Of a stretch of DNA of 64,000 bases, positions 50,251-60,991 are shown one piece after another. Source of the stretch: an uncultured delta proteobacterium (GTDB lineage: Bacteria > Desulfobacterota > WTBG01 > CAIYCZ01 > CAIRTM01); assembly GCA_963804955.1 (NCBI GenBank), contig CAWDSQ010000014.1, forward strand, positions 211,672-275,671, given 5' to 3'. The notes under the pieces were generated by a model. It was not told where the DNA came from. It did no database searches and saw only the letters and a list, made by a program, of their open reading frames with translations. The translations under genes were made by a program, and so were the position numbers. Numbering within the stretch: position 1 is the stretch's first letter; each line of letters starts with the position of its first letter.

Positions 50251-51216
50251 TCAGTCTTTTGTATCGCTGTGGATTTTTTTTATAATGCCCTTGCGCCGCA
50301 GCCGGCTCCTGATGTCCTCATCTTTACGCCGTATGATAGTGTGCAGATAGGCCTTTTCATTGTCAATGGCAAGACGGTAGAGGTCGTCCTCTATACCCCA
50401 GCGCTGCATGAAATGCGCCGCCATAAACCGATCGGTATTTTCAAGCTTGTTTTTGAAGCGATCGTCTGCAATCGAATAAAAATCCATGGTCTTGCGCAGG
50501 AGGTCCTCTGCGCTGTCATAGCCGCTTACCAGTCCTTCCTGAAATTCCTGGTACAGGTAAAAAAGTTTTTCAAGATGCGCCCTGTCCGCCATTTGCGCAA
50601 GCAGATCGGCTGCGGCAAGCATTTTCCCCAGCAGCTCAACGTCGCGCGACGGCCAAACGATGGCGTCAAAGTCTGCGTCAAGGTCCGTGCAGCAGATCAT
50701 GGTCTGGCAGGCCGTGATCTCATCGGGAGCAAAGCCATGCTGACTGCCATAGTGAGAGGCAAAATTCATGCTGCGGCTCACATGAGTCGCCGTATGCCTG
50801 CCCCCTGCCCCGCTGGCCTCATTTTTTTCCGGTATATACCCCGTATCATGCAGCAGTGCTGCAATCAGGCCGAGCTTGACAGCCGGATTGGCCAGCCGCA
50901 GCCCTTCCGCTCCCGCTCCGTGTATCAGGCGGATCATGGCCAGCAGTGTTTCGGCGCAGTGCTGAAAATCATGGTAGCCGGTGCTGCATGCCTGATACCC
51001 GGGATATTTTCCGGCATACAGGCTCAGGGTATCATGAAAAACTTTTATGACCGGCCCTGCATCCACACCCGGATAGGCTATCTGCAGCACCGTCTCGGTC
51101 TCGTGCAGTATACCTTCGGCAGAATCCATGTTTATAAGATCATACAGGCGTTTAGAATTCATGCTGCATCTCTGGATGTATATATATACACCTGTATACG
51201 GTTCACTGTCAGCCAT
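50251..51216 (-). CDS. HD-domain metal-dependent phosphohydrolase
   Basis: YHDFQH, ALLHDTGY, H..RS, ADL motifs; start uncertain (51216 or 51162). Confidence 0.8.
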   Translation of the reverse strand: MADSEPYTGVYIYIQRCSMNSKRLYDLINMDSAEGILHETETVLQIAYPGVDAGPVIKVFHDTLSLYAGKYPGYQACSTGYHDFQHCAETLLAMIRLIHGAGAEGLRLANPAVKLGLIAALLHDTGYIPEKNEASGAGGRHTATHVSRSMNFASHYGSQHGFAPDEITACQTMICCTDLDADFDAIVWPSRDVELLGKMLAAADLLAQMADRAHLEKLFYLYQEFQEGLVSGYDSAEDLLRKTMDFYSIADDRFKNKLENTDRFMAAHFMQRWGIEDDLYRLAIDNEKAYLHTIIRRKDEDIRSRLRRKGIIKKIHSDTKD

Positions 51217-51220
51217 GTCT

Positions 51221-51865
51221 TTAGAAATTTTTGATAATGGGTATGTTGTGGCTGGTTGCACGATACACGCTATACTTGATTCCTTCAAGAATATAGGCCG
51301 ATATCCCCTTGTCGCTTGTCCACCAGGTGCTTTCACTGAAAAGTTCATTGGCAGCACCTGCCGCTTCCACGGCAATGCCTGTGCCGTTAAAAACCTTTGC
51401 GAAAGCGTGTAATGCCCTGCGCGTGTGGAAATCATCAGTTACGATAATGATGCGCTTATAGCTGTTTTTGCGCGCCCAGTCCTTCAGGTCCCATGCTTCA
51501 TCAAAGGTTGAGGTGGCGCCGCCCTTTTGCGACGGCACACGAGTCAGCTCGCAATCGGCGTGCAGCAGATTCATGATAGCCTCCGCCTTGTCTCTGTCTG
51601 TGCACGGCAGTTGTGCCGCCAGAGCATTGAACGGCCGTTCTTCTGTCATGAGAATGCGCGGCGCATAGCCATCCTTGCACAGGGCAATTGCCCGGGGAAG
51701 GCGTGTTTCAATTATGCCTGAAAGTACGACCAGGGCATCGGCCCCCTTCGTTGCAGTGTGTACGGTAAAAAATTCAGCATATGACGTCAGCAGGGGGGCA
51801 TGATAATACAAAACAAGAGCCATGCAGGCGCCGCACAGGAGAGCGCAGATACAGAGTTTATTCAT
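51221..51865 (-). CDS. YdcF/DUF218 (ElyC/SanA-like) protein
   Basis: N-terminal TM, ADALVVLSG..R, STFDEA, IVTDDFHTRRA. Confidence 0.88.
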   Translation of the reverse strand: MNKLCICALLCGACMALVLYYHAPLLTSYAEFFTVHTATKGADALVVLSGIIETRLPRAIALCKDGYAPRILMTEERPFNALAAQLPCTDRDKAEAIMNLLHADCELTRVPSQKGGATSTFDEAWDLKDWARKNSYKRIIIVTDDFHTRRALHAFAKVFNGTGIAVEAAGAANELFSESTWWTSDKGISAYILEGIKYSVYRATSHNIPIIKNF

Positions 51866-52680
51866 TGCTGCTGCATCCGGTCCGGCCGTCTCAGAGCATC
51901 GCAGTTGTGCATGCGGTGCCGCTCAACAAGGGTGGACAGTTCATGCTGGCTCAATAATTTTTGTCTCAAAAAATATTCCCCGATGCGGCGCTGCTGCCTG
52001 CTCTGCCTGCTGACCAGCGTTGTCTGCTCGATGGGTGTAATATAGCCGATGCGGACGGCGCACTCGCCGAACCGTTCTTCGAGACGGCGCTCGGTGAGGA
52101 TGCTTACCACATCGCGCTGCGTGAGAAGGCCCGATTGCATGGCTATCTGGCCGATGCACGGCCGCAGGGTGCGCTGCCAGGAGATCGCCTCTATGAGCAT
52201 GCGCCACGATATGCGCCCGGCATAATAGAGATACTGCCCCAGCATCAGATTGCGCAGGGGAATGGGTCCGTGGTAGAAATGGTCAACAGATGAGCGGCGG
52301 TGACGGTGCTGCTGAGACTGGTAGTGGCTCTGGTCGCATGAGGGCTGCTTGTGATGACGGCTGTGCTGATATGACCCGCGGGTGCGCCGGCCGGTAAAGC
52401 CGGGGTCTGACACAATGCGGCGCGCCTTGTTTTCCACATAGGAAAGCAGCAGTTCATAGGCCTGCTTGACGCTGCGGAACTCTTCCTGAAGCTTGCGGGG
52501 CGAACCGCCTATCTGTTTTGCCCGGTCAGGGTGGGTTTCAAGCGCACGTTTTTTATAGGCGGACTTGACGCCGATAGGCTGCAGATAGCGGAGAAACTCG
52601 ATTGATACATTCACCTGCGATCCGAAAATGGTGCGGCATGCAGCGAAGAGTTCAACGGATGATTCCTGTGCAGCGGACAT
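51862..52680 (-). CDS. J-domain protein with four MshEN-like repeats
   Basis: KSAYKKRALETHPD..AYELL; LGQYL/IGQIA/FGECA/RIGEYF repeats. Confidence 0.8.
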   Translation of the reverse strand: MSAAQESSVELFAACRTIFGSQVNVSIEFLRYLQPIGVKSAYKKRALETHPDRAKQIGGSPRKLQEEFRSVKQAYELLLSYVENKARRIVSDPGFTGRRTRGSYQHSRHHKQPSCDQSHYQSQQHRHRRSSVDHFYHGPIPLRNLMLGQYLYYAGRISWRMLIEAISWQRTLRPCIGQIAMQSGLLTQRDVVSILTERRLEERFGECAVRIGYITPIEQTTLVSRQSRQQRRIGEYFLRQKLLSQHELSTLVERHRMHNCDALRRPDRMQQQ

Positions 52681-52847
52681 AGGGTGTGGACCTTTTGTTT
52701 ATTGCAAAATTTTTCTAAAAATAACAATATATTGCACATTTCGCAAGAGAAAAAAGAAAAAGAGAAGACGCAGAAATCCTGCAATGAAAAAAGGGGGGCC
52801 ATAATCGGCTCCCCTTTTAATCCACTATAAAAATGGCAGACGGGATT

Positions 52848-53183
52848 TTATGCTGCTTTGTTTTCTGTTGTGCTTGCGGGCTTTTTGTCCGGTGTGCTCT
52901 CAGAGGCGCTGGCTGATTCACTGGATTCAGCTTTGGCGCTGGTTTCCGTTGCGCCCGAACCCGACTCTTTCTTTTTGCTTTTGCTCCCCGTGTTTTTGTC
53001 CTTGTTTGCGTAGTCGGTAGCGTACCAGCCGGTGCCCTTGAGCTGAAACGAGCAGTTGGATATGAGCTTCTGGATTTTTGTGCTGTTGCACAGCTCACAT
53101 TTCTTTACCGGCTTGTCTCTTGCGCTCAGGAATACTTCAAAAGTCTCTCCGCAGGATTTGCATTCATACTCATAAATCGGCAC
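52848..53183 (-). CDS. FmdB-family zinc-ribbon protein
   Basis: MPIYEYECKSCG..CELC..FQLKGTGWYATDY. Confidence 0.93.
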   Translation of the reverse strand: MPIYEYECKSCGETFEVFLSARDKPVKKCELCNSTKIQKLISNCSFQLKGTGWYATDYANKDKNTGSKSKKKESGSGATETSAKAESSESASASESTPDKKPASTTENKAA

Positions 53184-53284
53184 GGCTCATTCCTTTCTTG
53201 TGGCACATATATTCAAAAAACTGAAGTAAAATCAAATCTGTGTACTTTTATATAAGCATTTGAGCGGTCATTGTCAACCGCAGG

Positions 53285-54448
53285 TTAGGAAATTTTTCCA
53301 AACTGTTCCAGGTAGAGAGCTTCCTGATCGGCCACCATTTTCCATATATCGAATTCAGAGACAAGGGCTTGGGCCGCCTGGCCCATCCGGTGTGCTTGTG
53401 CAGGATTTTCAAGCAGATAGATCGTTTTTTCAGCAATACCGGCAATATCGCCCGGTTCCACGACAAAACCGGTCCGGCCCTGGCGTACAGCCTCCGGCGA
53501 CCCGTCGGCCCTGGTGACAACTACCGGCAGACCTGCGCTCATGGCCTGCGGAATTACCCGCGGCAGCCCCTCCCAGCGGGAGGTCAGCACGAGTATGTCG
53601 CTTGCATGCAGCAGGCTGGGGATATCCCGCTGCCAGCCGAGCATATGAAACCGGTCGGCAAACGAGGATGCAAGCAGTTCGGCTTCCAAAGCGCTGCGCA
53701 GTTCGCCGTCGCCCGCCAGCAAAAAATGGGCATCGGGCAGGCGCGCTGCAATGCGTGAGCATACCCGGACATAGTCAAGGGGGGCTTTCTGAGGCTTCAG
53801 GCAGGCTACCATAATGGCAACAGGGGCGTCCTGCGGAACGCCAAGCAGCCTGCGCATCTCGGGCCGGGCAACTGCCGGGTTTTTGAAGTGCCCGATATCT
53901 ATGCCGCTGCGGATGAGGCGCACCCTGTCAGGGGTAAAAAGCCCCAGGCTGAGGCCCCGGTCGATATTTGCCTGCGACACGGCGATGAAGAATGACGTGA
54001 CGCGGCTGCACAGGCGCTCCAGAAGTATATAGAGCCATCTCACCGGTGCAGGCTGGTAGTCGTTAAAACCGTAGCCGTGGATGGAGTGGATGATGACGGG
54101 GATGCCCGCGGCCCGTGCTGCAAGGCGGCCCAGTATGCCCGCTTTGGAGCTGTGCGTATGCACGATAACCGGCGCCGACGGCGGCCCGGCTTTGATTTCT
54201 TCAAGAATTTTTTTTATCTGCAGAAACGCTTTCAGGTCCCGCAGGGGCCGCACTTCGCGGATCAGATCGGGCACCAGGCGGAAGCGGCCGAATGCGGCCG
54301 CTTCATCAAAAAGATCGCCGCCGGGGCCGGCCAGCAGGTGCACCTGAAACCGTTCGGGGTCAAGGTTCGTTGCGGTAAAGAGCGTATTCTGCTGCGCGCC
54401 CCCCAGCTCCATTTTCGTAATAATGTGAACAACTTTTGCCTGTATCAT
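53285..54448 (-). CDS. GT4 glycosyltransferase
   Basis: GGAQ, HTHSSKAG, K..D, EGLPRVIPQAM. Confidence 0.93.
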   Translation of the reverse strand: MIQAKVVHIITKMELGGAQQNTLFTATNLDPERFQVHLLAGPGGDLFDEAAAFGRFRLVPDLIREVRPLRDLKAFLQIKKILEEIKAGPPSAPVIVHTHSSKAGILGRLAARAAGIPVIIHSIHGYGFNDYQPAPVRWLYILLERLCSRVTSFFIAVSQANIDRGLSLGLFTPDRVRLIRSGIDIGHFKNPAVARPEMRRLLGVPQDAPVAIMVACLKPQKAPLDYVRVCSRIAARLPDAHFLLAGDGELRSALEAELLASSFADRFHMLGWQRDIPSLLHASDILVLTSRWEGLPRVIPQAMSAGLPVVVTRADGSPEAVRQGRTGFVVEPGDIAGIAEKTIYLLENPAQAHRMGQAAQALVSEFDIWKMVADQEALYLEQFGKIS

Positions 54449-55729
54449 GCAAGGGCCTCTGCCAGGCTCCTGCCTTCAAGTATATTGTCTTCCATAGAGC
54501 AGTAGGTCCAGGCGCCGTAGCGGCCTGCGGAGATGATGCCGTGCTTTTTGAGCCAGGCAAGCAGCACCGGGCAGATTCTGCTGCCTGAAGCGGTCAAACA
54601 GCACATAGCCTGGGTCGATGCTGTTGTACTGCTCGGCAACAATGCGGTCCCCGCGCCGCACTATGCCGCAGCGCCGCAAGCCTTCAAGGGAGGCTTCGCG
54701 CAACTGCTGCGTAATCAGGGGCTAAATCCGGCCGGGCAGCTATTTCAATATACAGCGAGCTGGTCTTTTTTGGCGCCATGTTCGGCGTAAAGTTCGAATA
54801 GCAGCCGACGCGGTAAAAGGGGAACTCTGGCTCAGGGAAATATATCCAGTGATAGGGCATGACGCCGGGCCGGTTGATGCCGATATTGATATTATGGACC
54901 GCAGCGCTGGTGAGGCGCCGGCCGTAGCCGGTAAAACGCGGCGGCATGCCCTCTATCATGCTTACAAGCTTCGGCAGTGGCATGGTGGAGACAAGGGCTT
55001 CATACTGCAGCTGCGTGCCGTCGTGAAAGAGCAGGGTTCGCTCTTTCAGCCGCACCGCAACAAGGCGCCGGCCAAGCTCTATGTCTTTCACCTTGCGGCT
55101 GATGGCTTCGGGCAGTTTCTGTATGCCGCCGCTCTCCGGATACAAGAACGAGGCATTGTAGCCCATGCCCGTATTGGCGCTGCCAAGGGCGCCCTTCAAA
55201 ACCTCCCGAAGCGAGGGCTTCGGCACTGACCAGGAAACCCAGTCGCAGGTTATGCTGCGCAGACTTTTGCAAAACAGCTTTTCATTGTAGGGTATGAAAA
55301 AATGACGGGCTATGCCCCGGCCAAACGTGCCGGTCACCCAGCTGTGGAAGCTGTCGGGCTTGCGGCCGGTTGGCTTTCGGCCGGCGGCCGCAATAAACCC
55401 TTCGAGGCACTCAAGCCTTGCTTCGGGCGGCAGGCCGTACAGGTTTGCCTGAAACGGAAAGGGAAGATAGCGCTGCATGCAGTAGATTGCGGCATTGCGC
55501 TCTATTTCACGCAGATTGCCGTGCAGCAGGCGCCCGATCAGGCCGCGGGTATAGCCGTCGCGCAGGTGCAGAAGATGGCCGGTATAGTCGAAGGTGAAAC
55601 CGTCAACAACCGGCGAGCGGCACAGGCCGCCGATCTGGTCCTGAGCTCAAAGACCGTGCAGCGCCTGCCGGCGCCAAGATGCCATGCTGTGCTCAGTCCG
55701 GTGAGTCCGGCGCCGATAACCGCGATCAT
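54445..55729 (-). CDS. FAD-dependent oxidoreductase (protoporphyrinogen-oxidase/UDP-galactopyranose-mutase-like), several frameshifts
   Basis: IAVIGAGLTGLS, PFQANL, PYNEK, FLYPESGG, HWIYFPE, GRYGAWTY spread over several frames. Confidence 0.8.
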
Positions 55730-55937
55730 AGAGGCTCTTCCTGAAACTGTTTTTTGCAGCGCAGGACACCAGCAGCCCTGCGGCAGAAAAAATATTCTGA
55801 AATTAAAGAGGCATACTATCCATTGATGGTGTAGTATACCTGAAACAGCAAGAAAAAACAAAGAAATGCATACGGTTAAAATACTTGTCAGACTGCTTGA
55901 AATTAAGTAAATAATTAAATGGTGCGTTTGGGAGATT

Positions 55938-56960
55938 GTGGACATGTTTGTTGATTCAGCGAAAGTCTTTATAAAATCCGGAGACGGCGGGCCCGGCTGC
56001 GTCTCTTTTCGGCGCGAAAAATATATACCCAAGGGCGGTCCCGACGGCGGCGATGGCGGCTGGGGCGGCAATGTTATCTTCATAGGCGATGCCAGAATCG
56101 ACAGCCTTGTGGAGTTTCGGTACAAGTCAAAGCTTGTTGCCGAGCGGGGCCATCATGGCTCGGGCAATAACCGCTCGGGAAAACAGGGAAAAGACTTTGT
56201 GGCGCGCGTGCCCTGCGGCACCATACTGCGCAATGCAGATACCGGCGAAATAGTCTATGAGGTCACCGTGCCCGATGAGCCCGTGGTGATAGCCCTTGGA
56301 GGCATGGGCGGCAAGGGCAACCAGCACTTCGCCACCTCAACGCACCAGACCCCGCGCTTCTGCCAGCCGGGCCTGCCGGGCATTGAATTCAACGGCGTAC
56401 TGGAGCTGAAAGTCATGGCCGATGTGGGGCTGGTGGGGCTTCCCAATGCGGGCAAGTCATCTCTCATAACAGCTGTTTCAAAAGCACATCCCAAAATTGC
56501 CGACTATCCGTTCACCACGCTCAATCCCGTGGTGGGTGTGGTTGAGCTGTCCGACTTCCGCTCATTTGTGATGGCCGACATACCCGGCATCATTGAGGGG
56601 GCCTCTCAGGGAAAGGGCCTGGGGCTGCAGTTTCTCAAGCATGTTGAGCGCACGCGCCTGCTTCTGTATGTGCTTGATATTTCCGAGTTTGCCGACATGC
56701 CGCCGGAGCAGGCATTTGCCGTGCTGCAGCAGGAAGTAAAGGATTTCGGCCAGGGGCTTGAGCATAAAAATTTTCTGATAGCGGCAAACAAGATAGACAT
56801 TGATGCGGACAGGCAGGCTCTTGACCGCTTTTTGAAGGAGATGGGACCTGAGCTTGCAGCCCGTGTTTTCCCGATTTCAGCAGCCGCGCGGCAGGGGCTT
56901 GACGAGCTGGTGGCAGCCCTGTACAAAATGCTGCATGCAACGGATGAAGAGAAGTACTAG
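55938..56960 (+). CDS. obgE: GTPase ObgE/CgtA
   Basis: FRREKYIPKGGPDGGDGG, GLPNAGKS, DYPFTTL, DIPG, NKID. Confidence 0.97.
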   Translation: MDMFVDSAKVFIKSGDGGPGCVSFRREKYIPKGGPDGGDGGWGGNVIFIGDARIDSLVEFRYKSKLVAERGHHGSGNNRSGKQGKDFVARVPCGTILRNADTGEIVYEVTVPDEPVVIALGGMGGKGNQHFATSTHQTPRFCQPGLPGIEFNGVLELKVMADVGLVGLPNAGKSSLITAVSKAHPKIADYPFTTLNPVVGVVELSDFRSFVMADIPGIIEGASQGKGLGLQFLKHVERTRLLLYVLDISEFADMPPEQAFAVLQQEVKDFGQGLEHKNFLIAANKIDIDADRQALDRFLKEMGPELAARVFPISAAARQGLDELVAALYKMLHATDEEKY

Positions 56961-57024
56961 CCGCAAGATATCGGCCCCGATCGATACCGATATTTAACCA
57001 TACAACTTATCAGGAGGACGAGTT

Positions 57025-58310
57025 ATGGCAAACTATTCAAAGGATTTTCTCAAGGCGGTTGAAGTCGGCAGGCCGCCCAATATCGTGAAGCTTTTTCCCA
57101 ACTCAAAGGCGCTGATCGTGAGCGGCAAAGTGGTGGACCGCGCCATGATCGCCAAGGGCAAAGCCATTGCCATGGCCGCCAACGGCCGCAACAGCCTTGT
57201 CATCCGCGGCGCCCTGATGGCTGCACAGCGGGCCAATTCACCCCTGCTCATCGAGATCGCCAAATCGGAAGGCGGCACGGGCGCCTACTGCGCGGTGAAC
57301 TACTGGAATATGGCAAGCTATGTGGACGCCATCTGCAATGAGCTCGGCATTACGATTCCCGTTGCCATCCATGCCGACCATTACGGCATCAAAAACGACA
57401 AGGATATCAAGGCCGCCAAGGTCGAAATTCCATCCATGTTCGAAGCGGGCATGACCTCCATCGCAATCGATGCCTCCCATATGCCCGATGACCAGAACCT
57501 GCTGGCCAATATCGAGCTCAATCCGTTTATACCCGCCTGGGCAGGCCTTGAAACCGAAGTGGGAGAAATCAAGGGCAAGGAGGGCCTTTCAACCAGAGAA
57601 GAAGCGCTGTTTTTAATACAGGGCCTCAATGCCCGCGGTATTTTCCCCGACTGGATAGCCCTGAACAACGGCACCACCCACGGCATCGAAGCAAGCGACG
57701 CCGGCATTCAGGTGGAGCTGACCGCTCAAATTCACAAGGCCCTGGAGCCCTATAAAATGTCGGGCGCGCAGCACGGCACGTCGGGCAATAATTCCGACCG
57801 CCTGCGCGCCATTGCGGCCCAGACGCATACCACCAAGGCCAATGTGGCCACGGCGCTGCAGATGATTTCCTGGGGCCTTGAGGTCAATGACTATGGCAAT
57901 GCCATTCTGGATGCTGAAAAGCAGTTCAAGAAAGTGGCCGGCGCCGGCGTGACCGAGGAAATGTGGGCGCAGATGGTCGAGTACGCAAAGGGCAAGGAGT
58001 GGAAAAGCGGCGACTATAAAAAGCTCAACCTCCCGTTTGAAAACCGCCTGGTCAGCCAGCCCCGGGAAATTCGCGACCGCATGGCAAAGGCTGTCGAGGA
58101 CTTCGCCTACGGCATGATGGTCAATGTTTTCAACGGCAGGGATACGGCTGATTTTGCTCTTGAAGCCATACTGAAGGCAAACTCCTATGATCCTGGGCCC
58201 CAAGTCGGGGCGCATTGAGGATCCGGCTGAGTGGACCAATGAAAAAATCGCTGAAAAGGTCAAAACTCTTCACGGCAACAAGGGCCCGGCAGGGCAATTT
58301 CGACGACTGA
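57025..58310 (+). CDS. fba: Class II fructose-bisphosphate aldolase (frameshifts near 58200 and 58290)
   Basis: HADH, IDASH, ETEVGEI, NGTTHG, QHGTSG, KANVAT; C-terminus ..NFDD* in shifted frames. Confidence 0.88.
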
Positions 58311-58344
58311 TTGTTTCCGGTGCATCAGCCGGAATCGGCAGGAG

Positions 58345-58380
58345 TATAAAAAAGCCCCTTGCAAAAGGGGCTTTTTTATA
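58345..58380. terminator. Terminator after fba
   Basis: TATAAAAAAGCCCCTT-GCAA-AAGGGGCTTTTTTATA. Confidence 0.85.
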
Positions 58381-58469
58381 TTTGAATAGATATGGCGGAG
58401 TGTTGTTTTGTTCTGGAGTGCAGGATGCCGCCAGCTATTAACCGTTATCATACACAGGAGGATACTTGT

Positions 58470-58907
58470 ATGCAGATTACGATCAAGGATGTCCTGCAGG
58501 AAAAGGGGAGCGCGGTCTGGTCGGTTGCCTCAAGTGATATGGTGTATGCAGCGCTGAAAATATTTGCCGATAAAGATATCGGCGCGCTGCTGGTGATTGA
58601 TGACGGCAAGCTCGAGGGCATTTTTACCGAGCGGGACTATGCCCGCAAGGGTATACTCAAAGCAAAATCATCACTGGACACAAAAGTCGGTGAGCTGATG
58701 GAGCGGGAACTTTTTTACGTGACGCCGACAGATACGATTGAAAACTGTATGGCCATCATGACCGATAAGCATGTTCGCCATCTGCCGGTGATGGATGGCG
58801 GCAAGGTGGTGGGACTCATCAGCATCGGTGATGTGGTCAAGCAGACCATTTCAGCCCAGGAGTTCACCATTCAGCAGCTGAAAAAATATATCTCGGGAGA
58901 CATGTGA
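58470..58907 (+). CDS. CBS-domain protein
   Basis: IGALLV..GIFTERDY, RHLPV..GLISIGDVVK. Confidence 0.93.
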   Translation: MQITIKDVLQEKGSAVWSVASSDMVYAALKIFADKDIGALLVIDDGKLEGIFTERDYARKGILKAKSSLDTKVGELMERELFYVTPTDTIENCMAIMTDKHVRHLPVMDGGKVVGLISIGDVVKQTISAQEFTIQQLKKYISGDM

Positions 58908-58966
58908 AGCCTGCTGTAAAGGTGCCGGCTCGAAGCAGTGTCGACTGATTTTCCGGATAATTCCGT

Positions 58967-59353
58967 ATGCCGAGTTTTGCCGTTGAAATAATTTATTTCG
59001 GAGCCTTCGGCCTGTTTCTGCTGGGGTCGGCGCTCTCGTTTCGCGAAAACGGCTCGCATCGTGCCGTGGCGATTATGTCAGTCGGCGTGCTTGCCGATAT
59101 GGCCGTGCGCCTGCTGCCCCTGGCCGACAGCGGCTATGCCCCGGTGAGCGCGGCAGGCACCAACAGCTATATTTCTTTTGCCGTCGCCGCCGGCATGGTC
59201 ACAGTCTGGCCGGCCTATCTCCTTGCCCTGCTTTTCTGGAGGCGAAAAAACAAAAGCTTTTTTCACTGGATGATTGCCGGTATTGAAATCGTTTGGCTTG
59301 CGGACATCATACTGCTGCTCTATGGCCTGTACGGCTTTTCTCTTATACGGTAA
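58967..59353 (+). CDS. Small 4-TM membrane protein
   Basis: Four hydrophobic segments, two His. Confidence 0.6.
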   Translation: MPSFAVEIIYFGAFGLFLLGSALSFRENGSHRAVAIMSVGVLADMAVRLLPLADSGYAPVSAAGTNSYISFAVAAGMVTVWPAYLLALLFWRRKNKSFFHWMIAGIEIVWLADIILLLYGLYGFSLIR

Positions 59354-59380
59354 AATGTACCGGACGACTACAGTGATGCT

Positions 59381-59399
59381 CCCCGCTTACAAAGCGGGG
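59381..59399. repeat. Intergenic hairpin (REP-like)
   Basis: CCCCGCTT-ACA-AAGCGGGG. Confidence 0.45.
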
Positions 59400-59458
59400 C
59401 TTGCGCGGCACAATCCGGTCTGCAGCGGTCTTACTTGTATGTAGTAAGGTGGTGCGCT

Positions 59459-59833
59459 ATGGGAAGCTATGTAGACAATAATCTGATCAGCGGCGAGAAG
59501 GTTCTGTATGAAGCACGGCTTCATGGAATAATCTTTTTTTCCATCCGGGCATTCGTATCACTTTTCATCCTGCCGTTGATCGACAGGGCCACCAGCGAGT
59601 TCGTTATTACCAATAAGCGGGTAGTTGTGAAAATCGGCCTTATCTGGCGCAGAACGCTTGAAATGAACCTGTCGCGGGTTGAAACGGTCAATGTCGATCA
59701 GTCGATTCTCGGCCGGCTTCTTGATTATGGAACAATTACCATTATCGGCACGGGCGGCACGAGGGAATCGTTCCGCAGTATCTCAAAGCCCCTTGAATTC
59801 AGGCGGTTTTTTCAGGAAGCCGTTTCCTCGTAA
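59459..59833 (+). CDS. Bacterial PH-domain (bPH_2) membrane protein
   Basis: EFVITNKRV..G..R..E..VETVNVDQ..GRLLDYGTI. Confidence 0.88.
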   Translation: MGSYVDNNLISGEKVLYEARLHGIIFFSIRAFVSLFILPLIDRATSEFVITNKRVVVKIGLIWRRTLEMNLSRVETVNVDQSILGRLLDYGTITIIGTGGTRESFRSISKPLEFRRFFQEAVSS

Positions 59834-59848
59834 TATGGCTGCCGCGAA

Positions 59849-60991
59849 TTAGCCCAGCCAATACCAGTGAGTGAACATGATTGTGAACAGACCCATAAAC
59901 AGGGCGCTTGTGCACAGCACAAGCTCAAACTTCTTTCCGCCGAACAGCAGGACCACAGCGACATACAGCGGAAAGACGACTATAATGAATCGCCCCATGC
60001 TTCTCCAGAGGGAAAAGGAAGCCAGAATCGTTACGGCCGCCCATGTTGTGTAAGCAGGAGGCAGGCGCCATGCGGCTAGTGCCAAAATCATTAAAGAGAC
60101 TGCAAAGACAAGCAGATAAAGTATCTCCAGTGCCGGAATGTGCCCCGCTAAAATTGCCGCCGGGGGCCAGAAGCTTTTAACGGTTTCAATGGCGGATTGC
60201 AAGGTTACCCCTTTTCCCCACCCTGCAACGTCCTGGCTTCGTACAAACTGGAGCGGGTCATCGAACCGCATAGCCAGAAACAGCATATAGCCTCCAAGCC
60301 CTGCCAGTCCTGCCCCAGCCCAGGCAAGGTTCAAGCGGATTTTACGCCAGTCAAAATCGATCTGCTCCAAATAGAGAAGCAGCAGCGCTATGGTTGTCAG
60401 GAATCCCACAGCGCGGGTAGCGCCTGCAGCGGCAGCGCTGAGTCCGGCAAAAAACCATCGCTTGCGCTCACCGAAATAAAAAACGCACACTGAGGCCAGC
60501 AGAAACGTCGATTCGGAATACATGGCGCTGAAGAAAATAGAAAACGGATTAAAAGCAAGCAGTGCAACGGTTCTCCGTGCGGTTTCTTCGTCGTACTTGG
60601 CAAAAACAAGCTTGTACAGCACTACTACGGCAATGAAAAAAGAAATATTTGAAACTAAAATTCCGGCTAAATGAATATCGCCTACAAGCGTGTTCAGGAT
60701 GCGGATCAACAGAGGATACAGGGGAAAAAAGGCCGTATCCCGGTGCTCCCCCAACTGGGCGATATTGGTATAGCCGTTTTGCGCAATCGAGGCATACCAG
60801 GCAGAGTCCCACCGCGCCAGGCCGTCAAGCAGAAGGCAATCGGGGTAGGCCCGCCAGAAACCTTTCCCATCGGCAATGGGAATAAAAATAAGACTCAAAT
60901 ATGCCAGTATGCCAATTCCCGCCCGGCTGACAAGAAAAACAGTAAGAGGATAGGAGTTTTTTGAAAACCATTGCGAAGTCAGGTGGAGCAT
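59849..60991 (-). CDS. PIG-V-like (Mannosyl_trans2) GT-C mannosyltransferase
   Basis: RWDSAWY.SIA..GY, AFFPLYP, YSES motifs, polytopic. Confidence 0.88.
   Translation of the reverse strand: MLHLTSQWFSKNSYPLTVFLVSRAGIGILAYLSLIFIPIADGKGFWRAYPDCLLLDGLARWDSAWYASIAQNGYTNIAQLGEHRDTAFFPLYPLLIRILNTLVGDIHLAGILVSNISFFIAVVVLYKLVFAKYDEETARRTVALLAFNPFSIFFSAMYSESTFLLASVCVFYFGERKRWFFAGLSAAAAGATRAVGFLTTIALLLLYLEQIDFDWRKIRLNLAWAGAGLAGLGGYMLFLAMRFDDPLQFVRSQDVAGWGKGVTLQSAIETVKSFWPPAAILAGHIPALEILYLLVFAVSLMILALAAWRLPPAYTTWAAVTILASFSLWRSMGRFIIVVFPLYVAVVLLFGGKKFELVLCTSALFMGLFTIMFTHWYWLG

Noticed and set aside
54445..55729. Protoporphyrinogen-oxidase-like gene as part of the tetrapyrrole system
   Set aside because: It is 43 kb away and overlaps a GT4 gene; this subfamily is usually linked to glycan biosynthesis.
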